In this document: one piece after another, positions 13,619 to 27,457 of the stretch | Position numbering within the stretch: position 1 is the first letter of the stretch | Layout: the number at the start of each line of letters is the position of its first letter | NCBI RefSeq assembly: GCF_009914755.1 | Contig: NC_060931.1 | Strand: one strand, 5' to 3' | Source of the DNA: the human T2T-CHM13v2.0 reference genome, Homo sapiens | Length of the DNA: 64,000 nucleotides | The notes under the pieces: generated by a model | What the model was told of the DNA's origin: nothing | Databases searched by the model: none | The model's input: the letters and a program-made list of their open reading frames with translations, nothing else | Program-made: the position numbers and the translations under genes

Positions 13619-14163
13619 TGTGATCATTAATATTGAGTGTCAACCTGATTGGATACAAAATATTGTTCTTATGTGTGTCTGTGAGGGTGTTGCCAAAGAA
13701 GATTAACACTTGAATCAGTGGACTGGGAGAGGCAGACCCACTCTCAATCTGGGCGGGCACCATCCAATCAGTTGCCAGCACAGCTAGGATAAAATCAGGC
13801 AGAGGAAAGTGGATGGGCTAGACTGGCCTGAGTCTTCTGCATTCATCTTTCTCCCATGCTGGTGGATGCTTCCTGCCTTTGGACATCAAACTCCAAGTTT
13901 TTCAGATTTTGGACTCTTGCACTTATACCATTGGTTTGCCAGGGGCCCTCAGACCTTCAACCACATACTGAAGGCTGGACTGTCGGCTTCCCTGCTTTTG
14001 AGATTTTGGGACTCAGACTGGCTTCCTTGTTTTTCAGCTTGCAGACAGCCTACTGTGAGATTTCACCTTGTGATTGTGTGAGTCAATACTCTTTACTAAA
14101 CTCCCCTTTATATATACACCTATACTATTAGTTACGTCCCTCTAGAGAACCCTGGCTAATACA
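13619..14163 (+). mobile_element. MLT2A (ERVL) solo LTR
   Basis: TGTGATCATTAATATTGAGTGTCAAC...GGAGAGGCAGACCCAC...CCCTCTAGAGAACCCTGGCTAATACA; TG...CA ends; near-TSD AATAC/ATTAC. Confidence 0.92.
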
Positions 14164-14179
14164 ATTACTAACTACACAG

Positions 14180-14750
14180 CAGAATTTGTCCTAGACAATG
14201 GGAATACAGCAGTGAGTAAAACAGACAAAAACCTCTGCCCTCATGGAGTTTAAAAGGTAGTGGGAAGACAGACAAGAAAGCAAGAAGTAAAATCCTGTTA
14301 TGACAGATGGTCTGAGTCACAGGAAAAATGAAGAAGGAAAGGGAATGAGAAAGACCGGTGTGTTTGGGGGTTGTATGTTTCAAAATGTTCTTCAGGGAAG
14401 GCCTCTGTGAAAAATTAGTTCTTTGCTAAACACTCAAGAATGTGAAGGCTTGTACCACATGGAAATATGCATAAGAGTATGGCAGGCTGAAGAAATGTGA
14501 AGTCCAAAGGGACTGAGGAGGAAAAAGCTAGGAAATGCAAATAGCTGGAGCCTGCTGAGCAAGGGCAAGTGCAGCAGAAGATGAGGCCAGGCAGGCAACT
14601 GGGCACCAGGCTGGGATGACCTTAGGCTCTAACACTGATTGAGATGAGAAGCCATGGACAGATTAAGCAGAGTGACACGTTCTGTATTACACTTGACCCA
14701 CATTACTCTGGCAGCTGGGTTGAGACTCTATTGAGGCAGAGTAAAAGTAG
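14180..14750 (-). mobile_element. L2 fragment
   Basis: GAATACAGCAGTGAGTAAAACAGACAAAAACCTCTGCCCTCATGGAG...CAGGGAAGGCCTCTGTGA. Confidence 0.75.
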
Positions 14751-14799
14751 TCTAAAGGAGCACTTTTCACCCCCCATAAAGTGCATTATTATGTATTCA

Positions 14800-14960
14800 A
14801 TTTTATATTCATTTATTTAGCATCATGTCTCTCATCCGTTGAAATATATGCACCATGAGGACCAGAACAAAGTTTTGTTGACAATATCTCTTTTCCCAAC
14901 AGGTGATGAGTCTGAGTTTTTGGACACATAGTAGGTACTGAATAAATAATTGCTGTTGAA
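14800..14960 (+). mobile_element. L2 3' tail
   Basis: CACATAGTAGGTACTGAATAAATAATTGCTGTTGAA. Confidence 0.6.
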
Positions 14961-17900
14961 AACATTAAACAATCCTATGATGCATGATTTCCACCTTAGA
15001 AATGGGGAAACGGCGTTTCTGGGAAGTTAGATTGCCCAGGAAAGTGGGATAATGGGAATTGAATTTTTTTTTTCAATTCCAAAGTCAAATGTTTTAAATA
15101 AATGCAATACTCTGATAATATTTTATATATTTTTCTATAAATATTGTAATCAATACTTGAGTTATAAATTAATGGAACACATTAAAATTCAAGTAACTTT
15201 TTGTTTGCCACATTTCAACTAGAAAGATTCACACTTCTTATTATAATTTAACATTGCATTTCCCAATATTATTCATGGAGTGTTAGTCCATTATATGAAC
15301 TACATATATAAAGAAGACAAGGGAAAAAAAAAAGCAATCTTCCCTCTTCCTTCCACAATGATGGAATACATTTCAAAAACAACTGTGGTTTTTGTTTATG
15401 GCAGCATGAAGATCTCTAGGGATTTGAATCTTTACAGTATATCTTGGACTCAGCGAAGGTAGAATAGAATCACATTTCCAGGAGGTTACCTAATATCATA
15501 AAAGGCTTTTGCTAAATCTCAAGTGATCTGCAGTAACATTTTACTGCTCCGTTGCTATAGCTTTCCACATGTAAGTGTATATAAGCTGTCTGAGAGTCTT
15601 CAAAAGTGAACTTCGATGGACAATCCATCATTAGTATATCTTTCCCATTAAAAGAAAAAAAATGGTGAATGTATTTCACCAATGATGCTCAAAATTCTGA
15701 GATTTTTTTTTCTATCTTAAAAAAATGTCATTCCAAACTAGGCTAAATTAATCTGTTTTTTAAAAGTAATTTTTAAACACAAAATCTTTCAATAATACAT
15801 TTATCTGTCTAAAGCGAAACATCAGTTGAGCAGTCTTTTAAATGGAAAAATGGGAAGATGTGATAACATGAATTCCAGGAAATTTACTTTTTGAATCTTG
15901 AACCTCATAAAAATGATACAGTCTTATCTGGAATATTCATGTGTTCCTATGTTTCAAACATGTGCTTTGAAGGAGGAAAATAGTAGGAATGGTGGAAAGA
16001 AATGCTTTCTACTAACATCAAAGATTTCTTCTTCAGAGTCTTGAAACTACCACAAATACAAGCTAACCTCAAACTAAGAAATTAACCTATATGATACAGT
16101 CTGCCTTGTGAGCAAGGCACACAAGATTTTATTATGATGTTTCTTTAATTTAGAACATTGGTTACCAGTCAGATACAAGTTTCAGGGGAATAATATGCAG
16201 TAAGAATTGTTTATAATTTCTCTTCTTTATCTTCTGCTCAAGAACATATTAGAAGCTGTAAATAAGACCCTGATAATGCAAATTTCATTTTAGCAAACCT
16301 TATTTTCCCCCGTAACACAATGAAGCTCTGTAATATACCAGCTAGTCAATTTTGGCAATTCAACTAACTATAAATTGAACTAACAATTAAACTAATCTAG
16401 ATATTTATCATTTTATGGCAAACATTCAGATAGTTAATTGCGTATTTCAAATTAAATGTATATTTTCTCTGAACACACTTTTAGGTTTATTTTAAAGTTT
16501 ATTAAGTGGCCATTTCAGACTTTTGGAGTTTATTTTTCCTGTTTAAAAATTAGAATAAATGAAGCATACTACAGTAGGAATTCTCCTGGAAACATATAGT
16601 TCAAAGAAATTTCTGGAGACGTCGTTGTAGCCCTGCAGAGCCTTTCTTTGTTGCCTACAAGGTTTCCCCCAATTAAATATTCTATCAGTGCTGTGGGCAT
16701 ACCAGTATTTTTATAGCTTCTGATATCCGGGATCTGGTATCTGCTTCTGTCATAGTTCTATTTATTTCTTCTGTATGCCTTGCCACTTAGGAAGAAAACA
16801 TATTTTATGAAAAATACTTTTCTTCTACCCTTGGGAGCCCCAGAGAAAGAAGCACAAGGTTGGGATGGCCTGTAACATATTGTTTATGGCTGTATCCAAC
16901 AAGCAACATTTTGTATGTCTACATATGGTGCAAGTCTTATTTTAATTCGGCCCTTGGGACTTCAATCCAATAATGCTGCCAAAATATACTCTTCTAAGTT
17001 CAGTGATAATAGAGTCTGAGGACAGCACACTTCCAAGCTTTCCAGCTTATAGATGGCTTAATTTTTCTACACATTTTATACATATGCATAGTAAAACATA
17101 CGTAAATAGTATTTGTGACTTTATTTTATGCTTAAGCCCGAACTGTGTTGTGGTAAGTCAATGTCTGTTTACTTTTATTAATAGAATTATGTCTTTACTA
17201 TTTTGGTGTATTTTTCTTTTGTTTACAGTGCAACCAAATACATGTGACATCTGTTAGGTGCTTGAACTTTTTCAGACACAGGTACACATTTTTTTTTTTT
17301 GTAACTCAAATGCTTATTTTACAAAGTGAAATATGGAATATCCAAACACATTGTAATGTCCCATCAGAACTGTTGCTTTTTCTGGATCTGTTTCAGGGTT
17401 TTTGGCCCAAGCATAGAAAGGTGTCCACTGATTTTACAAGCCAAGCCTGACACATGTTTTTTACAGAACTCTAGAATGGAGTAAAGAAAATTGTTCATAT
17501 TTAGGTCACAACAATGCCTTGGGGAAGAACAAGTGTGCTCACTAAGTCTGTATTACACTTAATGCTCTGGCCTCTGTGTCAAGGCTTTATTCTGTGCTGT
17601 TTTCTAGATTAGAGTGTTAATTATCACTACAAGTATATCACATATTTGTCTTTAAACCTTGAATGATTGTGAACAGAGAAGCAGCCTAGGTTAACGTAGC
17701 TCCCATTAAAATGCAAACTATGTACAGGGTTTGTTTTTTTTTCTTCTCACTGCCATGTAATCAAAAGGAAGGACAGCAAAACCACTATAAATGGCTTTGC
17801 AGTATTTTTTCCCGTAATGCCTTTAGTTTATTTCTGGGCTTAAACTAGGTAAACCATCACTTAAAATCATATTCCCCAAACTTGTCACTTCTTATTAAAA

Positions 17901-18559
17901 GCCTAAATGAGCCAGATGAAATAAAGATTGTTTTTACTTACAAAACATTTAGCTTCTCAGTCTAAATCTAATAGTATTGAAACATTTTAATTCAAATATA
18001 TTGGATGTAATTTTATTGCAAACTAAACTATTCATATAGATCAAATAAGACAGTATTTAAACAAAGTCACATCTGTAGACTGAGTAATGGCAAATTCAAT
18101 ATTCTTTGCTTTATAGTTACAGACTAAAACAGGTTATCTAGGCACTCCCCATTAATATCAGTAATTCATTTCTGAAAATCAGAAGTTCTGTGTGAGAATA
18201 ACTACTGGAAATCCATTTCATATTGTATCAATGGGAGAAATTATAATGCATTGCATGTCAATCTCCAATCTTCAACCAATTATTTAATATGAGTATGTAT
18301 AAGTAACAAACTACCACGTTAGAATGTTAAATGTTTTAAAACATGAGTTCCTGATGACCAAAAGAATAATATGTGCCATTTAAAAGAAGCAGTAAGTGCA
18401 GTACACTGTGTGGTTTGCACTCCTTACCATAAGCATTTATTTTTGAAAAGGCATGTCAAATGCAATATAATAAACATATTTAGAAAAAAACGGAGTTATA
18501 CAAAATATAATGAAATTATCTAAAAATATAGAATGACAAATGAAAACTAGGGGATTGTT

Positions 18560-19079
18560 CTGGTTATCTCTTAATGCCTAAGATTATCAACACTTACAGT
18601 TCTGTGGGTTGACTGGACTCTGCAGTATCCTTCTAGCTTAGGGTTTTTCACATGGTGACAGTCAGATGGAAGCTGGCATTGTAGTTATCTAAAGGTGCAG
18701 CTGGATTGGATGTCCAAGATTGTTCATGTACACAGCTGGCAGTTGATACTAGCTGTTGCCCAGGACCTGGAGCCATCTAGCAGAGCACCTATACCTGATC
18801 TTCTCATGGTATGGTGACTAACTTCATATAGGAAACATTCCAAGAGCAAGCATTTCAAGACGTCCAAGCAAAATCTGCAAGTCTTCTTATTTAGCTTCAG
18901 AAGTCCCAGAACATTATTTCTGTTGCATTCTCTTAGTGACAAGTTTATTTTAAGATCAGCTCAGATTTAAAGAGAAGGAGATTTAGATTCTACCTCTTGG
19001 TGTCAGATGCAGCATAAGCATGTGCATATAAGGAAGGAAAATAATTTATAGTGAGCATATTTGAAGATTGTCCACCACA
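18560..19079 (-). mobile_element. MLT1H-like LTR
   Basis: GGATGTCCAAGAT...CTGGCAGTTGATACTAGCTGTTG...CAGAAGTCCCAGAACATTATTTCTG...CCACCACA. Confidence 0.7.
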
Positions 19080-19285
19080 GAAATTAGCAAACTACAACTT
19101 CCAGGCAAAATCTGTCTTACCACCTGGGTTTTTAAATACAGCTTTATCGTAACAGTGCCACACTCATTAGTTTACATATTGTCTATGTCTGTGTTCACTA
19201 TATAAGGGCAGAGTTGAGTAATTGTGACAGAGAACATATGTCCCACAAAGTCTAAGGTACTATTAGACAAAGGTTGCTGAACCCT
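19080..19285. mobile_element. MER58-like MITE, opposite orientation to the 10.0-kb copy
   Basis: TTAGCAAACTAC...GTTTACATATTGTCTATG...GGCAGAGTTGAGTAATTGTGACAGAGA...GGTTGCTGAACC. Confidence 0.75.
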
Positions 19286-19659
19286 TCTTTAACAACAATT
19301 TTCTGGAACAAACGGTTATTAGCTGAGGTAGAGACTTGAAGCTTTAAGAAAAGTTCAGAAATAAGGTGGGAAAGAGAAGTAGATCAGTGTCACTGGGTGT
19401 GAAAGATGATGGTGTGGATGAGCCAGGTGAAAAAGGGAGAATTTTAGGTAAACTATTAAGACTCGGAGGCTCTACCTTAGATTTTTCATTATTTTGGTGT
19501 TCCTATTGACATTCCAAAGCAAAAAGATCTTGAAATATTTTTAGTGGATTTAGCAAAGTCTTTTGAATTTTAAAACCAATACAAAATGCAGCTTTACTTA
19601 TGTTCTTATTTGTGTGTGCATATGTGTGTGTTTGGAATTATGTGAATGGTGTTATAAAG

Positions 19660-21140
19660 GACAGACCATTTTAAAAGAAAGGACACTCATGATACATTCA
19701 AAGACAATGCTTATTGTTGCATAATCCACATTTCTTCAAGCTAATGGTGTCTTGCATTTTGATTGACTACTCTTTTAGGTTTTTTACACCATGGTCTTCT
19801 TCAGACTAGGTGAAACCTAGAAGCCTTTCAGTTATTTCTTTAATCTCTTCTAACCTAGTTACTATTGCAAGAGCAAAACTTTTCGTTTTGGCATTGACTA
19901 TCTTTTCAAAGCTTTTGAAATTAACCACAATTGCAGGATCTGTTTCTTCGATATACTGTTCATCATTTGTGGAGAAACTCTTTGCCATGCCTTATCAATG
20001 ATTTCTAAAACCTTTTTATGTAAAAGCATTTCCAAAGGCCTTTCAGTGAATCTTCTTGATTGGCAGACACACTGTAGACCACATATTGTTTGCATAGGGA
20101 AATAAGCACAAGAAGCTACAAAGGAGGCAATACCGTACTAGTTCACAGGATGCATTAGAGAGGTCCTGTTTGAGAGAAGGAAAGCCACCTGAATGTTGTC
20201 ACTACATATTACCACACTGTGTGGTTGTCTAGGAATATTGTCAATAATGTGTAAAGCCTTCTTTGTGAGGTTTTATTTGGCTGTTTCTCCTTCAGGAAGC
20301 AGAGTTATTAGCATCGTATGTAATTTACAAAAACCTTCTCATTAACTAGTGTTGATATTGAAACTCCAGACAAATGATAATTTTTTTGAACATTTTTTGA
20401 GGGCATGGAGATTTACAAAATGATCATTAGAAAAGGTTGAAACTTAACTCCCAGCAATGAAGGTGATCTCTTCTGGATACTTTGTGATCCAATGCTTTCT
20501 TCTCCTATAGTAACATAAATGGTGAGAAAGACATATACTTTCAAAACTCAAATTTGTTTTGCCTATAATTTTTTACATTGAATGATTGCTCACTTGTATA
20601 GACTCTTTCATCAATACTTTTTAAAAATTAGATGGTAATGTGATGTTCACCTCACTGTCAGCTATAGCTGCCTCCCCTGTTGTCTTGATGTTGTGGAATA
20701 TGGCTTAAATACACAGCAAAACTAAGGGCTCCCTGCTTTATTAATTATCCTTCTCTATGACATTCTTCCCCTTAAGCTTCTCAAACATGTTCGCAGTCTC
20801 CCAGATCAACACAGTACAGAAAAAAGTGTCTTAATCACTTTGGCTTAACATCTACTTTTCCAGGTTTATTCTAAGCTTTCCTAACATAGAACAGTGTATT
20901 ATTTCCTCCACTGCACATATTGCTACCAAAGTGCTTTATGGCTTTCATTTTTTTTTTCACTGCTTATTATGATAGCACACAAGGTGATGATTAAATAGTG
21001 CAGTATGCACATGATGCCTTTGGTGGGCTGGCTGTCCGTTGTCAAAACACTATTAACTTCATTTTCTCTTCTATTGTAATCATCCCTCATACTCTTCATA
21101 CTCTTTTCTAACTTTTTCATGTTTTTTTTAAACTTTTTCA
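19660..21140 (-). mobile_element. Ancient Tigger/pogo DNA transposon transposase fossil (disabled)
   Basis: Minus-strand translations FHNIKTTGEAAIADSE (~20698-20650), KKALHIIDNIPRQPH...NIQVAFLLSNRTSLMHPVN*YGIASF (~20262-20120) and LEIIDKAWQRVSPQMMN match Tigger DDE_1 motifs (HNVK..GEAASAD; LLILDNAPGHP; FLPPNTTSLIQPMDQGVIA; AW..V); stops and frameshifts present. Confidence 0.8.
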
Positions 21141-22168
21141 AACTTATGAAGATATTTTATAACATGAGACAAAAATAAAGCCTACATATAAGTATACATT
21201 GTAAAAATAAGTTTAGGACATCGTATAGCTGAGGAAAAATAGTTACACTAAGTGTGATCCTGTGATGACCCTCTTGGTGCTAGAAATATTTGATATTCAT
21301 GTCCCTTTTATTAGCACTCAAAATACCTTTTAAAATATCACGTGATTTTGCTATTTTACTGTTAGATTTCAAATGTAACATGAGACATTACTTCCACATA
21401 ATTTTGTAAAAATATTTCAGTTTGGAAATTTATATTTGATCAACTGGAAGAAAGGGTATCAGTGATTGAAGATGAAATGAATGAAATGAAGTGAGAAGAG
21501 AAGTTTAGAGAAAAAAGAATAAAAAGAAACGAACAAAACCTCCAAGAAATATGGGACTATGTGAAAAGACCAAATCAACATCTGATTGGTGTACCTCAAA
21601 GTGATGGAGAGAATGGAAACAAGTTGGAAAACACTCTGCAGGATATTATCCAGGAGAACTTCCTCAACCTAGCAAGGTAGGCCAACATTCAAATTCAGGA
21701 AATACAGAGAATGCCACAAAGATACTCCTCGAGAAGAGCAACTCCAAGACACAGAATTGTCAGATTCACCAAAGTTGAAATGAAGGAAAAAATGTTAAGG
21801 GCAGCCAGAGAGAAAGGTCGGGTTACCCAAAAAGGGAAGCCCATCAGACTAACAGCTGATCTCTCGGCAGAAACTCTACAAGAAAGAAGACAGTGGGGGC
21901 CAATATTCAACATTCTTAAAGAAAGAATTTTCAAACTAGAATTTCATATCCAGCCAAACTAAGCTTCATAAGTGAAGGAGAAATAAAATCCTTTACAGAC
22001 AAGCAAATGCTGAGAGATTTTGTCACCACCAGCCCTGCCCTAAAAGAGTTCCTGAAGGAAGCACTAAGCATGGAAAGGAACAACCGGTACCAGCCACTGC
22101 AAAAACATGCCAAATTGTAAAGACCATCGAGGCTAGGAAGAAACTGCATCAACTAACGAGCAAAATAA

Positions 22169-23518
<1,350 letters not shown>

Positions 23519-23708
23519 ATCTCTTAATAGACCAGTAATAGGCTCTGAAATTGAGGCAATAATTAATAGCTTACCAACCAAAAAAAGTCCAGGACAAGAT
23601 GGATTCACAGCCGAATTCTGCCAGAGGTACAAAGAGGAGCTGGTACCATTCCTTCTGAAACTATTCCAATCAATAGAAAAAGAGGGAATCCTCCATAACT
23701 CATTTTAA

Positions 23709-23825
<117 letters not shown>

Positions 23826-23828
23826 TGA

Positions 23829-24032
<204 letters not shown>

Positions 24033-24051
24033 TAAATTAGGTATTGATGGG

Positions 24052-25521
24052 ATGTATCTCAAAATAATAAGAGCTATTTATGACAAACCCACAGCCAATA
24101 TCATACTGAATGGGCAAAAACTGGAAGCATTCCCTTTGAAAACTGGCACAAGACAGGGATGCCCTCTCTCACCACTCCTATTCAACATAGTGTTGGAAGT
24201 TCTGGCCAGGGCAATCAGGCAGGAGAAAGAAATAAAGGGTATTCGATTAGGAAAAGAGGAAGTCAAATTGTCCCTGCTTGCAGATGACATGATTGTATAT
24301 CTAGAAAACCCCATTGTCTCAGCCCAAACTCTTAAGCTGATAAGCAACTTCAGCAAAGTCTCAGGATACAAAATCAATGTGCAAAAATCAAAAGCATTCT
24401 TATACACCAATAACAGACAAACAGAGAGCCAAATTATGAGTGAACTCCCATTCACAATTGCTTCAAAGAGACTAAAACACCTAGGAATACAACTTACAAG
24501 GGATGTGAAGGACTGCTTCAAGGAGAACTACAAACCACTGCTCAAGGAAATAAAAGAGGATACAAACAAATGGAAGAACATTCCAGGCTCATGGGTAGGA
24601 AGAATCAATATTGTGAAAATGGCCATACTGCCCAAGGTAATTTATAGATTCAATGCCATCCCCATCAAGCTACCAATGACTTTCTTCAGAGAATTAGAAA
24701 AAACTACTTTAAAGTTCATATGGAACCAAAAAAGAGCCCGCATTTCCAAGTCAATCCTTAGCCAAAAGAACAAAGCTGGAGGCATCACGCTACCTGACTT
24801 CAAACTATACTACAAGGCTACAGTAACCAAAACAGCATGGTACTGGTACCAAAACAGAGATATAGATCAATGGAACAGAACAGAGCCCTCAGAAACAGGA
24901 CCACACATCTACAACTATCTGATCTTTGACAAACCTGACAAAAACAAGAAATGGGGAAAGGATTCCCTATTTAACAAATGGTGCTGGGTAAACTGGCTAG
25001 CCATATGTAGAAAGCTGAAACTGGATCCCTTCCTTAACCTTATACAAAAATTAATTCAAGATGGATCAGACTTAAATGTTAGACCTAAAACCATAAAAAC
25101 CCTAGAAGAAAACCTAGGCAATACCATTCAGGACATAGACATCGGCAAGGACTTCACGTCTAAAACACCAAAAGCAATGGCAACAAAAGCCAAGATTGAC
25201 AAATGGGATCTAATTAAACTAAAGAGCTTCTGCACAGCAAAAGAAATTACCATCAGAGTGAACAGGCAACACACAGAATGGGAGAAAATTTTTGCCATCT
25301 ACCCATCTGACAAAGGGATAATATCCAGAATCTACAAAGAACTCCAACAAATTTACAATAAAAAACAACCCCATCAAAAAGTGGGCAAAGGATATGAACA
25401 GACACTTCTCAAAAGAAGACATTTATGCAGCCAAAAGACACATGAAAAAATGTTCATCATCACCGGCCATCAGAGAAATGTAAATCAAAACCACAATGAG
25501 ATACCATCTCACACCAGTTAG
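24052..25521 (+). pseudogene. L1 ORF2 RT/C-terminal fragment
   Basis: 489-aa ORF containing [16 protein letters not shown] and LADDMIVY (consensus FADD); separated from the EN fragment by stops and frameshifts. Confidence 0.93.
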
Positions 25522-26116
25522 AATGGCGAGCATTAGAAAGTCAGGAAAAAACAGGTGCTGGAGAGGATGTGGAGAAATAGGAACACTTTTACACTGTTGG
25601 TGGGACTGTAAACAAGTTCAACCATTGTGGAACACAGTGTGGTGATTCCTCAGGGATCTAGGGCTAGAAATACCATTTCACCCAGCCATCCCATTACTGG
25701 GCATATATCCAAAGGAATATAAATCATGCTGCTATAAAGACACATGCACACGTATGGTTATTGCGGCACTACTCAACTATAGCAAAGACTTGGAACCAAC
25801 CCAAATGTCCATCAATGATAGACTGGATTAAGAAAATGTGGCACATATACACCATGGAATACTATGCAGCCATAAAAAAGGATGAGTTCATGTCCTTTGT
25901 AGGGACATGGATGAAGCTGGAAACCATCATTCTCAGCAAACTATCGCAAGGACAAAAAACCAAACACCGCATGTTCTCACTCATAGGTGGGAATTGAACA
26001 ATGAGAACACTTGGACACAGGAAGGGGAACATCACCCACTGGGGCCTGTTGTGGGGTGGGGGTAGCGGGGAGGGATAGCATTAGGGGATATACTTAACAT
26101 AAATGACGAGTTAATA

Positions 26117-26804
26117 CTATGAGTATTTAATTATATCAATAGGAGAACACAATTTCTGTTGTGTGTATAGTGCTGAAGGTCTCCATTTATTCATGTTACT
26201 GTGCGTGATAGATGAGTTTAAACCAGATGCTGTAACTTTCTTGCTATTTGGCCAAATTATTTAAATCATATTCTTTGAAAATTCAGAAAATACCCTCCTG
26301 AACATCATTAAGGAAACTTCACCCATGGAATCTGTTTACAGACTTTTCTAAGGATGCTATACAAATTAACACACATGCACACACACACACAACTCTGTGT
26401 AAACATTTCCGCCCCTTGATGTAAACTAATATATACTACTATATTGATCTTACCCTTGCGCACTTTTCCAGGTCTGTCTTTTCTACCTTTCAATGATGCT
26501 TGCTTGAATATGTAATTACTACTGTTTATTTTATATTTGCCACTGCACACTCAGACATTATCTAATGATGCAATCCAAAGTTTTTTGTCTGGCAGCTTTC
26601 TTTTTATATGACTGCAGTTAAGGTATGGGCTCTGGTCCTGTTCTACTGTTTTTGATAAAGGTGATTTTACATTTAGAGTATAACATCTTTTAAAGAAACC
26701 CATTCCTATTTTGAATAAGATAAATACATTTTATATGTAAACCAACACTTTGCCTAGCACCTAGAATAATCAATAACTTACACATAGTAAGGACACAAAA
26801 AATA
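26117..26804 (+). repeat. Direct duplicate (derived copy) of 33898-34601
   Basis: Base-by-base match, about 16 substitutions plus a CA-repeat length difference. Confidence 0.97.
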
Positions 26805-27043
26805 CCAACATGGCACATGTATACTTATGTAACAAACCTGAACGTTGTGCACATGTACCCTAGAACTTAAAGTATAATAAAAAATATATATATAAATTAT
26901 TAAAAAGACACATCCTTTATTATACATAGAAGGAAAAACATATGTATAAATGCACCTAATTGTGCCAGTAATATCAGAGACTGAAAGTCAAAAAAATCAG
27001 AGTACGTTTCTTCTTTTTGTCAATCGAGTACTTTAACAGAAAC

Positions 27044-27457
27044 TGTGGTAAATACCACTACCTGTCCAGCAAATTCCATTTTTTTTTTCTTTCTGTGGAA
27101 TAGAATTAGAGCCAAGCACATGACTGGACTCCATTCCCCATCCTCCCTGAAGGTGAATATGGCCACACTACTAAGTTTCTCCAATGTTACAAAAGTTGAG
27201 GCTTCTGATAAGGGCATATGTGCCCATTCCACTCTGACTTTCCGCTTTATCTCTCTGGAAGTGACAGCTGACAATGTCACAGAAAAGGGTGGAGCCCAAA
27301 ATTCCTTGTATTACCATATTGAAAGACAGCTGCCTACCAACCAGGAATGTCTATTTTGTGTCATTATTGAACAATAAATAAATTCCTGCTGTTTTTATGT
27401 CATTAAGCATTTTGGGTTCTGGTTGTTACTGCAGTTTAGCTTACCGTTACTAATACA
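27044..27457 (+). mobile_element. MLT1J-like LTR
   Basis: TGGCCACACTACTAAGTTTCTCCAATG...TTGTTACTGCAGTTTAGCTTACCGTTACTAATACA. Confidence 0.65.

Noticed and set aside
15489-15645. Minus-strand exon candidate ending at AG|GTAACC
   Set aside because: Acceptor is poor (purine run before AG) and the best frame hits a stop before the donor.
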